Below, piece after piece: positions 15,289-15,825 of a stretch of 15,825 bases of DNA. Numbering within the stretch: position 1 is the stretch's first letter; every line of letters begins with the position of its first letter. Origin of the DNA: a virus. Lineage: Duplodnaviria; Heunggongvirae; Uroviricota; Caudoviricetes. The stretch lies in the IMG/VR virus record IMGVR_UViG_2565956713_000002. One strand, written 5' to 3'. The translations under genes and the position numbers were made by a program. A model generated the notes under the pieces. The model made no database searches, was not told where the DNA came from, and saw nothing but the letters and a program-made list of their open reading frames with translations.

Positions 15289-15825
15289 ATGAAACATATT
15301 GTAGAAGTAATGATCCCCGAAGCGGAGATTAAAGCGCGTATCGCCGAACTGGGTCGTCAGATTACTGAGCGTTACAAAGACAGCGGCAGCGATATGGTGC
15401 TGGTGGGTCTGCTGCGTGGCTCATTTATGTTTATGGCGGACCTGTGCCGTGAAGTTCAGGTATCTCATGAAGTCGACTTTATGACCGCCTCCAGCTACGG
15501 TAGCGGCATGTCCACCACCCGTGATGTGAAAATCCTCAAAGATCTGGATGAAGATATCCGTGGCAAGGACGTGCTGATTGTTGAAGATATCATCGACTCG
15601 GGGAATACACTGTCGAAAGTGCGTGAGATCTTAAGCCTGCGCGAACCGAAGTCGTTGGCGATTTGTACGCTGCTGGATAAACCGTCCCGTCGTGAAGTGA
15701 ACGTCCCGGTAGAATTTATCGGTTTCTCGATCCCGGATGAGTTTGTGGTGGGTTACGGCATTGATTACGCACAGCGTTACCGTCATCTGCCGTATATCGG
15801 CAAAGTGATTCTGCTGGACGAGTAA
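15289..15825 (+). CDS. hpt: Hypoxanthine phosphoribosyltransferase (core chromosomal gene)
   Basis: Complete 178-aa ORF with the PRPP-binding motif [14 protein letters not shown]; essentially the enterobacterial Hpt sequence as recalled. Different sequence character from the island. Confidence 0.95.
   Translation: MKHIVEVMIPEAEIKARIAELGRQITERYKDSGSDMVLVGLLRGSFMFMADLCREVQVSHEVDFMTASSYGSGMSTTRDVKILKDLDEDIRGKDVLIVEDIIDSGNTLSKVREILSLREPKSLAICTLLDKPSRREVNVPVEFIGFSIPDEFVVGYGIDYAQRYRHLPYIGKVILLDE

Overview
The window is almost entirely one integrated mobile element, ending at the core gene hpt (15289..15825). All gene calls are on the + strand except one small RHH regulator. Reading left to right: a P4-type tyrosine integrase, an AT-rich cargo gene, an AlpA-family regulator, an ORF6N-domain protein, a divergent RHH/Icd-like control region, a primase/helicase-like replication protein followed by an iteron origin, SSB, then an HK97-type packaging module (major capsid, prohead protease, portal, head-tail connector, HNH endonuclease, small and large terminase). 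There are no tail or lysis genes. This layout matches capsid-forming phage satellites (cf-PICI-like) that build their own heads and borrow helper tails. The most interesting unexplained parts are (i) the AT-rich 267-aa gene fused to the 3' end of int, a candidate accessory or anti-phage cargo, and (ii) a 1.3-kb gene-free right arm holding a second iteron cluster, two 118-bp direct repeats each starting with a 20-bp palindrome, and further palindromes. All protein assignments are from motif recognition by eye; no database search, GC calculation or RNA folding was run.
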